Positions 18,649 through 27,603 of a stretch of 64,000 nucleotides of DNA are shown here, piece after piece. The translations under genes were made by a program, and so were the position numbers. How positions within the stretch are numbered: the stretch's first letter is position 1; each line of letters begins with the position of its first letter. Origin of the DNA: Candidatus Limihabitans stercoravium (GTDB lineage: Bacteria > Bacillota > Clostridia > Christensenellales > CAG-314); assembly GCA_018715495.1 (NCBI GenBank), contig DVLO01000022.1, forward strand, positions 13,172 to 77,171. Direction: 5' to 3'. Below the pieces are notes generated by a model. It had not been told where the DNA came from. It did not search any database and saw only the letters and a program-made list of their open reading frames with translations.

Positions 18649-19832
18649 AGGTTTATCTTGATCATTGTTCAACAACACCTTGTGACAAGGCAGTAGTGGA
18701 CAAGATGATACCTTACTTTACACAAACATTCGGCAATGCCGACAGTCAACACAGTTTCGGTCGTGAAACAGCCAAGGTTGTAGCGGAAGCACGCAACACA
18801 ATTGCTCAGCTGTTAAACTGTCTGCCAAATGAAGTTTACTTTACAGCAAGCGGTACGGAAGCAGACAACTGGGCTCTCAAGGGTACTGCAATTGCAAGAA
18901 AGCACAAGGACGGCAGAAACAAGGTGGTTATTTCAGCAATAGAACACCACGCAATACTCAATTCGGCTGAATGGCTTAAAGAAAACGGTTACGAAGTTGT
19001 GCATTGCCCTGTAACAAAGAAGGGCATTGTCGATCTTGAAGAACTTGAAAAGATTGTCGACGACAACACATCTTTGGTATCGGTGATGTATGTAAACAAC
19101 GAAGTAGGTACAATTCAACCCGTTGAAAAAATTGCCGAAATTGCCCACAAGCACGGCGCTTACTTCCACACTGACTGTGTTCAAGCTGTTCCTTATCTTG
19201 ATGTAAATGTCAAGGAACTTGGAGCAGACCTTGTAAGCATTTCCGGACACAAGTTCTACGGTCCTAAGGGAGTGGGTGCGTTGTTCATCCGCAACGGCCT
19301 CCGAATCGACAAACTTGTGCATGGCGGTGGTCAGGAGCGCTCACGCAGAGGCGGAACAACCAATACCCCGGGCGTTGTAGGTATGGCTGAAGCTATGAAA
19401 ATCAACGCAGTTGAAATGCAGGAAAACAACAGACACATCAAGGAGCTTCGTGACAGCTTTGTAAAAAAGGTTCTTGAAGAAATACCTTACGTTTACTTTA
19501 ACGGCGACCTTGACAACAGTGTGCCATCCGTTGCAAACTTTTCATTCGAATTTATCGAAGGGGAAGGAATACTCATGATGCTTGATCTTAAAGGCGTTGC
19601 CGTTTCCAGCGGTTCGGCTTGTTCAAGCGGAAGTCTTGACCCGTCACACGTATTGCTGGCAATGGGTGTTCCTGTTGAACTTGCTCACGGCTCTATCCGT
19701 TTTTCATTCGGTAAGCACAACACAATGGAAGAAGTGCTGTACACGGTTGACGTTTTAAAACAAAGCATTGCGACACTGCGTCAGATGTCGCCACTATTCA
19801 AATTGCGTGAAGGAGAAATACACAATGTATAA
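18645..19832 (+). CDS. iscS: Cysteine desulfurase (NifS/IscS type)
   Basis: MKVYLDHCSTTP start, PLP-lysine region SISGHKFYGPKG, and active-site loop SSGSACSSG. ATG 18645 overlaps the Rrf2 stop (ATGA). Confidence 0.93.
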   Translation: MKVYLDHCSTTPCDKAVVDKMIPYFTQTFGNADSQHSFGRETAKVVAEARNTIAQLLNCLPNEVYFTASGTEADNWALKGTAIARKHKDGRNKVVISAIEHHAILNSAEWLKENGYEVVHCPVTKKGIVDLEELEKIVDDNTSLVSVMYVNNEVGTIQPVEKIAEIAHKHGAYFHTDCVQAVPYLDVNVKELGADLVSISGHKFYGPKGVGALFIRNGLRIDKLVHGGGQERSRRGGTTNTPGVVGMAEAMKINAVEMQENNRHIKELRDSFVKKVLEEIPYVYFNGDLDNSVPSVANFSFEFIEGEGILMMLDLKGVAVSSGSACSSGSLDPSHVLLAMGVPVELAHGSIRFSFGKHNTMEEVLYTVDVLKQSIATLRQMSPLFKLREGEIHNV

Positions 19833-20196
19833 CGAAAAAGTTTTACAAGCATTTGCTAATCCCAAGAATGTAGGCGTGATTGAAAATCCCGACGGTGAAG
19901 GCATTGTCGGAAACGCATCATGCGGTGACATCATGAAGATAACCCTTCGTATTGACGGGGACATCATCAAGGACGCTAAGTTCCAGACATTCGGTTGTAC
20001 GGCTGCAATTGCAACAAGTTCCACAGCTACCGAAATGATCAAGGGCAAGACAATAGAAGATGCATTGAAGGTTACCAATGCACAGGTTGTTGAGGAACTT
20101 GAAGGACTTCCTCCTCAGAAGTTGCATTGCTCTGTTCTTGCCGAAGAAGCAATCAAGAAGGCTATTGAAGATTATTACAGCAAAAAATCCAAATAG
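19825..20196 (+). CDS. iscU: Fe-S cluster scaffold protein IscU/NifU N-terminal type
   Basis: NPKNVG...GNASCGDIM...FGCTAAIATSS...LHCSVLAEEAI carries the three conserved Cys. The start overlaps the iscS stop. Confidence 0.92.
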   Translation: MYNEKVLQAFANPKNVGVIENPDGEGIVGNASCGDIMKITLRIDGDIIKDAKFQTFGCTAAIATSSTATEMIKGKTIEDALKVTNAQVVEELEGLPPQKLHCSVLAEEAIKKAIEDYYSKKSK

Positions 20197-20252
20197 TCTA
20201 TAAATTTCAGGATTTGAAGCATACTAATCCCATCAAATACAGGAGGTGCGGT

Positions 20253-20378
20253 ATGCAAAGATTGCTTACAGGTATGGCAATGGGTCTTCTTGCCGGATGT
20301 GTACTTTCCGAAGTTTCACCCGGTGTCAGGAAGATGGTGCAAGAAGGTAAACAAAAGTTACAACAACTGAAAAAGTAG
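20253..20378 (+). CDS. Small (41 aa) membrane-associated protein, YtxH-like; absent from the ORF track because it is under 60 aa
   Basis: MQRLLTGMAMGLLAGCVLSEVSPGVRKMVQEGKQKLQQLKK. AGGAGG RBS lies 7 nt upstream, and its own terminator follows directly. Confidence 0.45.
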   Translation: MQRLLTGMAMGLLAGCVLSEVSPGVRKMVQEGKQKLQQLKK

Positions 20379-20383
20379 TGTTT

Positions 20384-20408
20384 GAGTGCGGTAAAACCGC
20401 ACTCTTTT
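20384..20408 (+). terminator. Rho-independent terminator
   Basis: GAGTGCGG (20384-20391) pairs with CCGCACTC (20397-20404). TTTT follows. Confidence 0.75.
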
Positions 20409-20508
20409 CACTGTAAGGTGTGCAACAATTGAAAAAGTTTGTCGCAATCAAATGTTTGTGTTGCTAAACGCTACCAATTTTATAAAAAGTGTGTTACAAT
20501 ACTTGCAT

Positions 20509-20928
20509 ATGGGAAGACTGGTAGCATTGGACGTTGGCGATGTTCGCATCGGTGTTGCAGCGTCGGATTTAATGAAAATAATTGCCAATCCCGTGACAAC
20601 CTATCACCGTTCGGGCGATGAGGAAAAGGACGCCCAGGAAATTGCAAGGTTGATCAGGGAAAAGGAGGGCGAACTGATCGTGTGCGGATTGCCTGTTGCA
20701 ATGGACAACAGCGAAAATGAACAAACCGCAAAGACACGTCATTTCGTTGATGTATTGAAAAAGTACATTGATTTGCCTGTGGAGTTCTGTGATGAACGTT
20801 TTACGTCCATCAGTGCCGAACGTGTGCTGATTGACGCCAACATGAGACGTAAAGATCGCAAGCAGGTAATTGATAAAATTGCCGCTACAATAATCCTTGA
20901 AACATACATGCGTAAGAAAGGTTATTGA
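20509..20928 (+). CDS. ruvX: Putative pre-16S rRNA nuclease / Holliday junction resolvase-like YqgF (RuvX)
   Basis: MGRLVALDVGDVRIGVAASD is the canonical YqgF N-terminus, and DERFTS is present. The tracked upstream extension (20452) is not homologous. Confidence 0.88.
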   Translation: MGRLVALDVGDVRIGVAASDLMKIIANPVTTYHRSGDEEKDAQEIARLIREKEGELIVCGLPVAMDNSENEQTAKTRHFVDVLKKYIDLPVEFCDERFTSISAERVLIDANMRRKDRKQVIDKIAATIILETYMRKKGY

Positions 20929-20965
20929 TGCAAATAAAACTAAATTAAATTTATGGAGGTCTATC

Positions 20966-21337
20966 ATGGCTGAAAAAGAATTGAAGGATACTTGTAACTG
21001 CGAACCCGTTGAGGAAGAAACAGATATCGTCGAACTTGAAGACGAAGAAGGCAACCTCATTAAGTTCCATCACATCACAACACTTGAACATGAAGGTAAA
21101 GACTACGTTTTCCTTCAAGCTGTTGAAAGCGAAGAAGGCGATGAAATTGAAATCTTCGAACTGTCCAGTGAAGAACAGGATGGCGAAATGTTCGACCTTC
21201 TCAATCCTATCGAAGACGAATTGTACGAAACATTGTATGCACGTCTTATGAAGGAAATTGAGGAATTCGACGGTTGCGACTGTGATGAAGAAGGTTGTGA
21301 CTGTGGCGAAGAAGGCTGCACCTGCCATCACGAATAA
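20966..21337 (+). CDS. DUF1292 (YrzB-like) protein with a Cys/His-rich C-terminal tail
   Basis: Acidic DUF1292 core (IVELEDEEGNLIKFHHITTLEHEGKDYVFLQAVE...IEIFEL). Sits after ruvX as in Bacillota. GGAGG RBS precedes ATG 20966. Confidence 0.7.
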   Translation: MAEKELKDTCNCEPVEEETDIVELEDEEGNLIKFHHITTLEHEGKDYVFLQAVESEEGDEIEIFELSSEEQDGEMFDLLNPIEDELYETLYARLMKEIEEFDGCDCDEEGCDCGEEGCTCHHE

Positions 21338-21346
21338 TTGTTTGCA

Positions 21347-21375
21347 AAAAGAATGTCGAAAGGCATTCTTTTTTG
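21347..21375 (+). terminator. Rho-independent terminator
   Basis: AAGAATG (21349-21355) pairs with CATTCTT (21364-21370). A T-run follows. Confidence 0.65.
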
Positions 21376-21386
21376 CTGTAAAATTC

Positions 21387-21415
21387 TTGCCAAAAGCACG
21401 GCCTTGTGCTATAAT
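21387..21415 (+). promoter_or_regulatory. Putative sigma-A promoter for rpsB-tsf
   Basis: TTGCCA (21387-21392), 17-nt spacer, extended -10 TGcTATAAT (21407-21415). Confidence 0.6.
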
Positions 21416-21534
21416 CGTATAGGTTTAATTCGCATTTGTGTATATTTGGCTGTTGTGCCGTATGCCATTCGGTAATTGTCAGAGTTTTAAAACACAAAGA
21501 GGTTAAAAACAACAAAAAAAGGAGATTTTAAATT

Positions 21535-22266
21535 ATGGCAGTAGTATCAATGAAGAGCCTTTTGGAAGCAGGTGTTCACTTCGGACACCAGACCAGAAGA
21601 TGGAACCCCAAGATGAAGAAGTACATCTACACTGAAAGAAATGACATTCACATCATTGACCTTCAGCAGACAGAAGCGCAGGCAGAAGTTGCTTACAAGT
21701 TTGTACGTGACATCGCTGCATCCGGCAAGCCCATCTTGTTCGTAGGAACTAAGAAACAGGCTCAGGCTGCAATTCAACAGGAAGCTGAAAGATGCGGAAT
21801 GTACTACATCAACAACAGATGGTTGGGTGGTACTCTTACAAACTACAAGACAATCAAGACACGTATTGAAAGACTCAACAAGATCAACCAGATGGAAAAG
21901 TTGGGTGACTTCGATGTTCTTCCTAAGAAGGAAGTTGCTAAACTCATCGAAGAACGCAACAAGTTGCAAGCAAACCTTGGCGGTATCAAGGACATGAAGG
22001 GTATGCCCGGATGTATGTTCATCGTTGACACCAAGAAGGAAGCTCTTGCTGTTGCTGAAGCTCACAAGCTCAACATCCCCATCGTTGCTATCGTTGACAC
22101 AAACTGCGATCCCGATGAAGTTGACGTTGTTATCCCCGGTAACGACGACGCTATCGGTGCTGTAAAGGTAATCACTTCCATCATCAGCGCTGCAGTTATC
22201 GAAGCTAAGGAAGGCGTTGTTCTTTCCGTTGATGAAGACGAAGCAAAAGAAGAAGTTGCTGAATAA
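21535..22266 (+). CDS. rpsB: 30S ribosomal protein S2
   Basis: [22 protein letters not shown] is the canonical S2 N-terminus. Confidence 0.97.
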   Translation: MAVVSMKSLLEAGVHFGHQTRRWNPKMKKYIYTERNDIHIIDLQQTEAQAEVAYKFVRDIAASGKPILFVGTKKQAQAAIQQEAERCGMYYINNRWLGGTLTNYKTIKTRIERLNKINQMEKLGDFDVLPKKEVAKLIEERNKLQANLGGIKDMKGMPGCMFIVDTKKEALAVAEAHKLNIPIVAIVDTNCDPDEVDVVIPGNDDAIGAVKVITSIISAAVIEAKEGVVLSVDEDEAKEEVAE

Positions 22267-22297
22267 TTTGAATAATTTATAAGGAGATTTTAGCAAA

Positions 22298-23224
22298 ATG
22301 GCTAATTTTACCAACAAGGATATAATGAAACTCCGTGAACAAACAGGCGTTGGCATGATGGATTGCAAGAAGGCTCTTATCGCTACAGACGGCGATTTCG
22401 AAGAAGCAATCAAGTACCTTCGTGAAAAGGGTATGGCATCCGCAGCCAAGAAGGCAAGCAGAGTTGCTGCTGAAGGTCTTGTAAACTGCCTTGTTGCTGA
22501 TGACAAGAAGACAGCTGTTGTTCTTGAAGTTAACTGCGAAACAGACTTCGTTGCCAGAAGCGAACAATTTGTTGCATTGGTTGACAAACTTTCCAAGCAC
22601 ATCCTCACATCTGATGCTAAGACAGTTGAAGAATTGCTTGCTGAACAGTTCGAAGACGGTAAGACAGGTAACGATCTTGTTGCTGAAGCTGTTGCTTCTA
22701 TCGGTGAAAAGATCAGCGTAAGAAGATTTACAAAGTTTGCTTTGGACGTTGACGGACTTATTGCTAGCTACATCCACATGGGCGGTAAAATCGGTGTACT
22801 TGTTGAAATCAAGAGCGCCGGCGACAAGGCTGCGTTGCAAGAATTGGCTAAGAACCTTGCTATGCAGGTTGCTGCTGCTAAGCCCGAATTCCTTAACAAG
22901 GAAGATGTTGATCCCGCTAAACTGGAAAATGAAAAGGAAATCCTTACAGCTCAATCCAGAAACGAAGGCAAGCCTGAAGCTGTTATCGAAAAGATGGTTC
23001 TTGGACGTATCAACAAGTACTACAAGGAAGTTTGCCTTATCGAACAAGAATACGTTCGTGACAACTCCATGACAATCAAGCAAGTTGTTGCTGAATGTGA
23101 AAAGGCTGTTGGTTGCCCTGTTACAGTATCTGCATTCGTTCGTTACGAAATGGGTGAAGGTATTGAAAAGCGTGTTGACAACTTTGTTGACGAAATTGCT
23201 GAACAACTTAAAGCTATTCAATAA
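22298..23224 (+). CDS. tsf: Elongation factor Ts
   Basis: IMKLREQTGVGMMDCKKAL UBA-like N-terminus and two EF-Ts core repeats. Confidence 0.97.
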   Translation: MANFTNKDIMKLREQTGVGMMDCKKALIATDGDFEEAIKYLREKGMASAAKKASRVAAEGLVNCLVADDKKTAVVLEVNCETDFVARSEQFVALVDKLSKHILTSDAKTVEELLAEQFEDGKTGNDLVAEAVASIGEKISVRRFTKFALDVDGLIASYIHMGGKIGVLVEIKSAGDKAALQELAKNLAMQVAAAKPEFLNKEDVDPAKLENEKEILTAQSRNEGKPEAVIEKMVLGRINKYYKEVCLIEQEYVRDNSMTIKQVVAECEKAVGCPVTVSAFVRYEMGEGIEKRVDNFVDEIAEQLKAIQ

Positions 23225-23247
23225 TTAGTTTAATTGTATTTACAAGA

Positions 23248-23278
23248 GGGAACAATTGAGGCAGATTGTTCCCTTTTT
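23248..23278 (+). terminator. Terminator/attenuator between tsf and pyrH
   Basis: GGGAACAAT (23248-23256) pairs with ATTGTTCCC (23265-23273). T5 follows. Confidence 0.7.
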
Positions 23279-23295
23279 ACAAAAGTGAGGGTAGT

Positions 23296-23994
23296 ATGTT
23301 AAAGTACAAGCGTATTTTGTTAAAGGTAAGTGGTGAGGCGTTGTCGTCTGGTCATGGAATCGACGACAGTGCGGTGAAAAATGTTGCAAGACAAATCAAG
23401 AGTGTAGTTGACTTGGGCGTAGAAGTGGGCGTTGTTGTCGGTGGCGGTAATTTCTGGCGTGGCAGACAGAACAACACCATGGACCGTGGTACTGCCGATT
23501 ACATCGGCATGCTTGCAACTGTGATGAACGCATTGGCACTGGGCGAAGGTCTTACTTCCTGTGGGGTGGAAAACCGTGTGGTAACTGCTCTTGCCATGGA
23601 CAAGGTTGCGGAACCGTATTTTCTTCCCAAGGTATTGAAATACCTTGAACAAGGCAAGGTCGTTGTATTTGGTGCCGGTACAGGAAGTCCGTACTTTTCG
23701 ACAGACACAACATCTGCTTTGCGTGCATGTGAAATTCATGCGGATGCTTTACTTTGCGCTAAGAACATTGACGGAGTTTACGACAGTGATCCCAAGGTCA
23801 ATCCCCAAGCACACAAGTACGATACATTGACTTACACCAAGGTTTTGACAGACAATCTCAAGGCTCTGGACCTGACAGCTGTTGCTATGTGTCGTGAGTA
23901 CAACATTCCGGTAGTGGCATTCGGCATGGATGTTGAGGACGGTATTGTCAAGGTTGTTTGCGGTGAAAAAATTGGTACTACCATCACAAACTAA
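23296..23994 (+). CDS. pyrH: UMP kinase
   Basis: YKRILLKVSGEAL and VVVGGGNFWRG motifs. ATG 23296 follows a GAGGG RBS. The tracked TTG 23266 lies in the terminator stem. Confidence 0.95.
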   Translation: MLKYKRILLKVSGEALSSGHGIDDSAVKNVARQIKSVVDLGVEVGVVVGGGNFWRGRQNNTMDRGTADYIGMLATVMNALALGEGLTSCGVENRVVTALAMDKVAEPYFLPKVLKYLEQGKVVVFGAGTGSPYFSTDTTSALRACEIHADALLCAKNIDGVYDSDPKVNPQAHKYDTLTYTKVLTDNLKALDLTAVAMCREYNIPVVAFGMDVEDGIVKVVCGEKIGTTITN

Positions 23995-24008
23995 TTTTAA
24001 AATAACTA

Positions 24009-24037
24009 TTGAAATTTACTCTGTGATATTGTAAAAT
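24009..24037 (+). promoter_or_regulatory. Putative internal promoter upstream of frr
   Basis: TTGAAA (24009-24014), 17-nt spacer, TAAAAT (24032-24037). Confidence 0.35.
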
Positions 24038-24066
24038 ATAGTCACTACATTTTTAGGAGAGATAAT

Positions 24067-24642
24067 ATGAATTACGCTAACGATCAAGTTGCTGAAGTTT
24101 TTTTGAACCTTGAAGACAGCTGCAACAAGGCAATCGAATACATGAAGAATGAATTCGCCTTGATGCGTGCAGGTCGTGCTAATCCAAAATTGGTAGAAAA
24201 GATTACCGTTGACTACTACGGAGCAATGACTCCCATCAATCAGATGGGCAACATCGCCGTTCCCGAATCACGTACATTGACAATTACATTGTGGGATAAA
24301 TCCGCACTGGGTCTTGTTGAAAAGGCAATACTTGCGGCAAACATCGGCGTTACTCCGCAAAATGACGGTACTCTGATTCGCCTGACTTTCCCTGCTCTTA
24401 CCGAAGAACGCAGACGTGACCTTGTAAAGGGCGCCAAGAAACTTGCCGAAGACACAAAGGTGACATTGAGAAACGCTAGAAGAGACGCAATGGAAGGATT
24501 GAAAAAGGTCAAGAACAGCAAGACTGTATCCGAAGATCTCATTGCCGACTACGAAAAGGAAGTTGACAAGACTCTTGCTAAACTCATTGAAACTGTTGAC
24601 AAGCTGTTTAAGGAAAAGGAAACAGACATCATGTCTGTGTAA
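24067..24642 (+). CDS. frr: Ribosome recycling factor
   Basis: MRAGRANPKLVEKITVDYYG and LTEERRRDLVK motifs. Confidence 0.96.
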   Translation: MNYANDQVAEVFLNLEDSCNKAIEYMKNEFALMRAGRANPKLVEKITVDYYGAMTPINQMGNIAVPESRTLTITLWDKSALGLVEKAILAANIGVTPQNDGTLIRLTFPALTEERRRDLVKGAKKLAEDTKVTLRNARRDAMEGLKKVKNSKTVSEDLIADYEKEVDKTLAKLIETVDKLFKEKETDIMSV

Positions 24643-24647
24643 TTACA

Positions 24648-24848
24648 ATGGACAAAGATTTGATAGGACTTGAAGTTTCTGAAGCCGTTTCCTTGTTGGA
24701 ACAGGACGGCGAAGTGAACTTCAAGTTCATTTCTTATAAGGATAAAAAACAACTTTACGCCGATTCGGAAAGAGTGTGTGCAGTGCAAAAAGATGAGCAC
24801 GGTCTTGTTCTTGTTGTCTGTCCTTTCCTGTTCAATCCGATTGGCTGA
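24648..24848 (+). CDS. Hypothetical 66-aa protein
   Basis: The ORF exactly fills the frr-uppS gap on the coding strand. No clear SD sequence and no recognised family. Confidence 0.35.
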   Translation: MDKDLIGLEVSEAVSLLEQDGEVNFKFISYKDKKQLYADSERVCAVQKDEHGLVLVVCPFLFNPIG

Positions 24849-24857
24849 CGGAGGCAT

Positions 24858-25535
24858 ATGCAACAATTACGTCACATTGCATTCATAATGGATGGCAACG
24901 GAAGATGGGCAAAATTACGTGGCAAGCCAAGAAACTACGGTCACAGACAAGGGCTTAAAACAGTTGAAAAAGTTCTTGAGTGGACTGTTTCAGCGGGTAT
25001 TCCATATATTTCCTTGTACGTTTTTTCTACTGAAAACTGGAAACGTTCAAAGGTAGAGGTTGATGGATTGTTCAGTCTTGCGGAACAGTATCTGTCAAAT
25101 TTCCGCAAATTTTGCGAAAACAGAATTCGTGTTGTGGTTTCCGGTTCAAGAAGCGGTCTTCCGTCGAAACTTTTAAAATCTATTGATGAAGTTGTTGAAA
25201 ACACACGTAATTGTACGCAACTAACGTGCAATCTGTGCATAAACTACGGTGGCAGGCAAGAAATTGCCGACGCCCTAAAAAGGGTGGCTGAAAGCGGTGA
25301 TTTTTCCGTTGAAAATATCTGCCGCAATATGTACAACGAATTGCCCGATCCGGATCTTATTGTGCGCACCGGCGGGCACAAACGTTTGTCCAATTTTTTG
25401 TTGTTTCAGTCTGCATATGCGGAGTTGAATTTTACTGATACTCTTTGGCCTGATTTCAGTCTTGATGAGTACAATGAAATCATACGACAATATATGGGTA
25501 CTGAGCGTAATTTTGGAGGGGTAAATAACCAATGA
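24858..25535 (+). CDS. uppS: Undecaprenyl diphosphate synthase
   Basis: HIAFIMDGNGRWA, and RTGGHKRLSNFLLFQSAYAEL. Confidence 0.94.
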   Translation: MQQLRHIAFIMDGNGRWAKLRGKPRNYGHRQGLKTVEKVLEWTVSAGIPYISLYVFSTENWKRSKVEVDGLFSLAEQYLSNFRKFCENRIRVVVSGSRSGLPSKLLKSIDEVVENTRNCTQLTCNLCINYGGRQEIADALKRVAESGDFSVENICRNMYNELPDPDLIVRTGGHKRLSNFLLFQSAYAELNFTDTLWPDFSLDEYNEIIRQYMGTERNFGGVNNQ

Positions 25536-26512
25536 TAAGCAAAAAAGTGCTTGCAAACAGAATACTTGTTGGCGTTGGCGTTGCGATTGTAATGGTGGGA
25601 ATGGTTCTCATTGCCGCATTCTCCGCAGGAATGGATACATTGGTCGACCGTTCAATTGATTCGGTGATAATTTCGGCGTTGATACTTATGGCTGTAGTTG
25701 AAATGCGTCGTGCATTGGGCAGAGAACGTATTCCGGACAGTTTCAGCTGGTTGCTGTGGGCATATGGCTTCGGATTGGGACCGGCTTATGCGTTTTTCGG
25801 ATTTACCGGATTGACGTTCTTCACTTTGATGATTTTTGCAGGGTCAGCAATTACTGCAGTATATACAAATAATGCCCGTGCATTGATGTATGTTGCTTTC
25901 ATGTTGGTGTACCCCGGAATGTTTCTTGCATCATTGTTGTACATCAACAAGTGTGTAAGCACCAGATATATCACGCCTGATTCCGCATTGTATCCTTACA
26001 TCGTCAATGACATCTGGACATTGATTGGCGACAAGCGTGTAGCTCAGTTGTTGCCTTACAATGCAATAGGACTTGCTTTCGTATTTGCCGTATCGGCTTT
26101 TACGGATGTATTTGCCTTCATTTTCGGCATCAGTTTCGGTAAACGTAAGTTGTGCCCCGAAATCAGTCCCAAAAAGACAGTCGAAGGTGCAATAGGCGGA
26201 TTGTTTGGCGGATTGTTTGGCTCGGCGGTTGTGTTCTTCGTGTTTGATTTCTTCAAACTGTTTGGACCGCAGTGCGGATTGACCTTCCATGATTTGTCTA
26301 CATTCAACCTCGTGTTGGTTTATGTTCTGATCGGGCTTATTGGCTCTGTGATGACCCAACTTGGCGATCTTGTAGCAAGCATGGTCAAGCGTTACTGCGG
26401 AATAAAGGATTACAGTCATGTTCTTGGTTCGCATGGCGGTATCATGGACAGACTTGACGGTGTAATGTTTAACTCGGTATTTGTAGCTACAGTCTACATG
26501 TTTATTTTGTAA
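25532..26512 (+). CDS. cdsA: Phosphatidate cytidylyltransferase
   Basis: Multi-TM protein with CTP-transferase signature KRKLCPEISPKKTVEGAIGG and GGIMDRLDG. It has a longer N-terminal TM region than typical CdsA. Confidence 0.85.
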   Translation: MISKKVLANRILVGVGVAIVMVGMVLIAAFSAGMDTLVDRSIDSVIISALILMAVVEMRRALGRERIPDSFSWLLWAYGFGLGPAYAFFGFTGLTFFTLMIFAGSAITAVYTNNARALMYVAFMLVYPGMFLASLLYINKCVSTRYITPDSALYPYIVNDIWTLIGDKRVAQLLPYNAIGLAFVFAVSAFTDVFAFIFGISFGKRKLCPEISPKKTVEGAIGGLFGGLFGSAVVFFVFDFFKLFGPQCGLTFHDLSTFNLVLVYVLIGLIGSVMTQLGDLVASMVKRYCGIKDYSHVLGSHGGIMDRLDGVMFNSVFVATVYMFIL

Positions 26513-27603
26513 TGAAGAAAGTAGCAGTTTTGGGAAGTACCGGCTCTATCGGTACTCAAACATTGGAAGTCATTTCCCGTCGAAGCGATTTGTTTAGTGT
26601 ACATTCACTTGTGGCATATAGCAACGGCGAGAAGTTGCAGGAGCAGTGCGAACAATTTCATCCGCAATACAGTCAATTGCTTACTGTTGACAGTGATGCC
26701 ATGATTAAGGCTGTAAAGGGTGCAGACATTGTGATGGTGGCAACAAGGGGAATTTCTGCCCTGAAGGCAGTCCTTTACTGTCTTGACAACGGAATTGAAA
26801 TTGCATTGGCAAACAAGGAAACACTAATCTGTGCAGGTAAGCTCATTAAAGAAAGACTTGCAGTTTCCAAAGCACATCTTTACCCGGTTGACAGCGAACA
26901 CTGTGCAATCTGGCAATGTCTTAACGGGCAAAAACCAGCTTCATTGGTTCTTACTGCAAGTGGTGGTGCGTTTTACAACATACCTACTGAGCAACTGGAT
27001 AAAATGAAGTCTGTTGACGCATTACGTCATCCCAATTGGAATATGGGGAGTAAGATCACAATAGACAGTGCAACGCTGATGAACAAGGCTTTTGAAGTGC
27101 TGGAAGCATCGGTGTTGTTTGACGTTCCTCTTTGCGATATAGAAGTTGTTGTGCACAGACAAAGTGTTGTCCACTCTATGGTTCGCTACCCTGACGGCAG
27201 TATAATTGCTCAGATGGCTGTGCCGGACATGCGTCTTCCGATACTTTATGCATTGACGGGAGGACATCACGTTGAAGGTTGTGTTTCTCAACTGTCATTT
27301 GACAAAATGCTTTCGCTAACATTTGAAAGACCTGACATGGAGAAGTTCCCCTGCCTGAAATTGCCTGCTTATATTGACGGCAAGGGCGATCTTATGCCCA
27401 CAGTTTTGTGCGCTGCTGATGAAGTGTGTGTGGAAGCGTACATGAATGGAGACATTGTCTTTGGTGATTTTTACAAAATAATCAGCAAAGCAGTGGAGCA
27501 TTTTTCAGGAATTCTACCGCCTGTGCAAACTGTTTCTGACATAGAAGAAACAGACAAAAAGGTAAGATTATATACAAAATCACTGATTTATGAGGTACTA
27601 TGA
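26512..27603 (+). CDS. dxr: 1-deoxy-D-xylulose 5-phosphate reductoisomerase
   Basis: KKVAVLGSTGSIGTQTL NADPH-binding site, LANKETLI, DSEHCAIWQCL and HPNWNMG. Confidence 0.94.
   Translation: MKKVAVLGSTGSIGTQTLEVISRRSDLFSVHSLVAYSNGEKLQEQCEQFHPQYSQLLTVDSDAMIKAVKGADIVMVATRGISALKAVLYCLDNGIEIALANKETLICAGKLIKERLAVSKAHLYPVDSEHCAIWQCLNGQKPASLVLTASGGAFYNIPTEQLDKMKSVDALRHPNWNMGSKITIDSATLMNKAFEVLEASVLFDVPLCDIEVVVHRQSVVHSMVRYPDGSIIAQMAVPDMRLPILYALTGGHHVEGCVSQLSFDKMLSLTFERPDMEKFPCLKLPAYIDGKGDLMPTVLCAADEVCVEAYMNGDIVFGDFYKIISKAVEHFSGILPPVQTVSDIEETDKKVRLYTKSLIYEVL

Noticed and set aside
21547-23221. Very long - strand ORFs (353 aa at 21547-22608 and 314 aa at 22277-23221) antisense to rpsB and tsf.
   Set aside because: They are shadow ORFs opposite highly conserved, unambiguous + strand genes. 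The translations are low-complexity (Ser/Leu/Phe/Asn-rich) with no recognisable domains and no RBS context.
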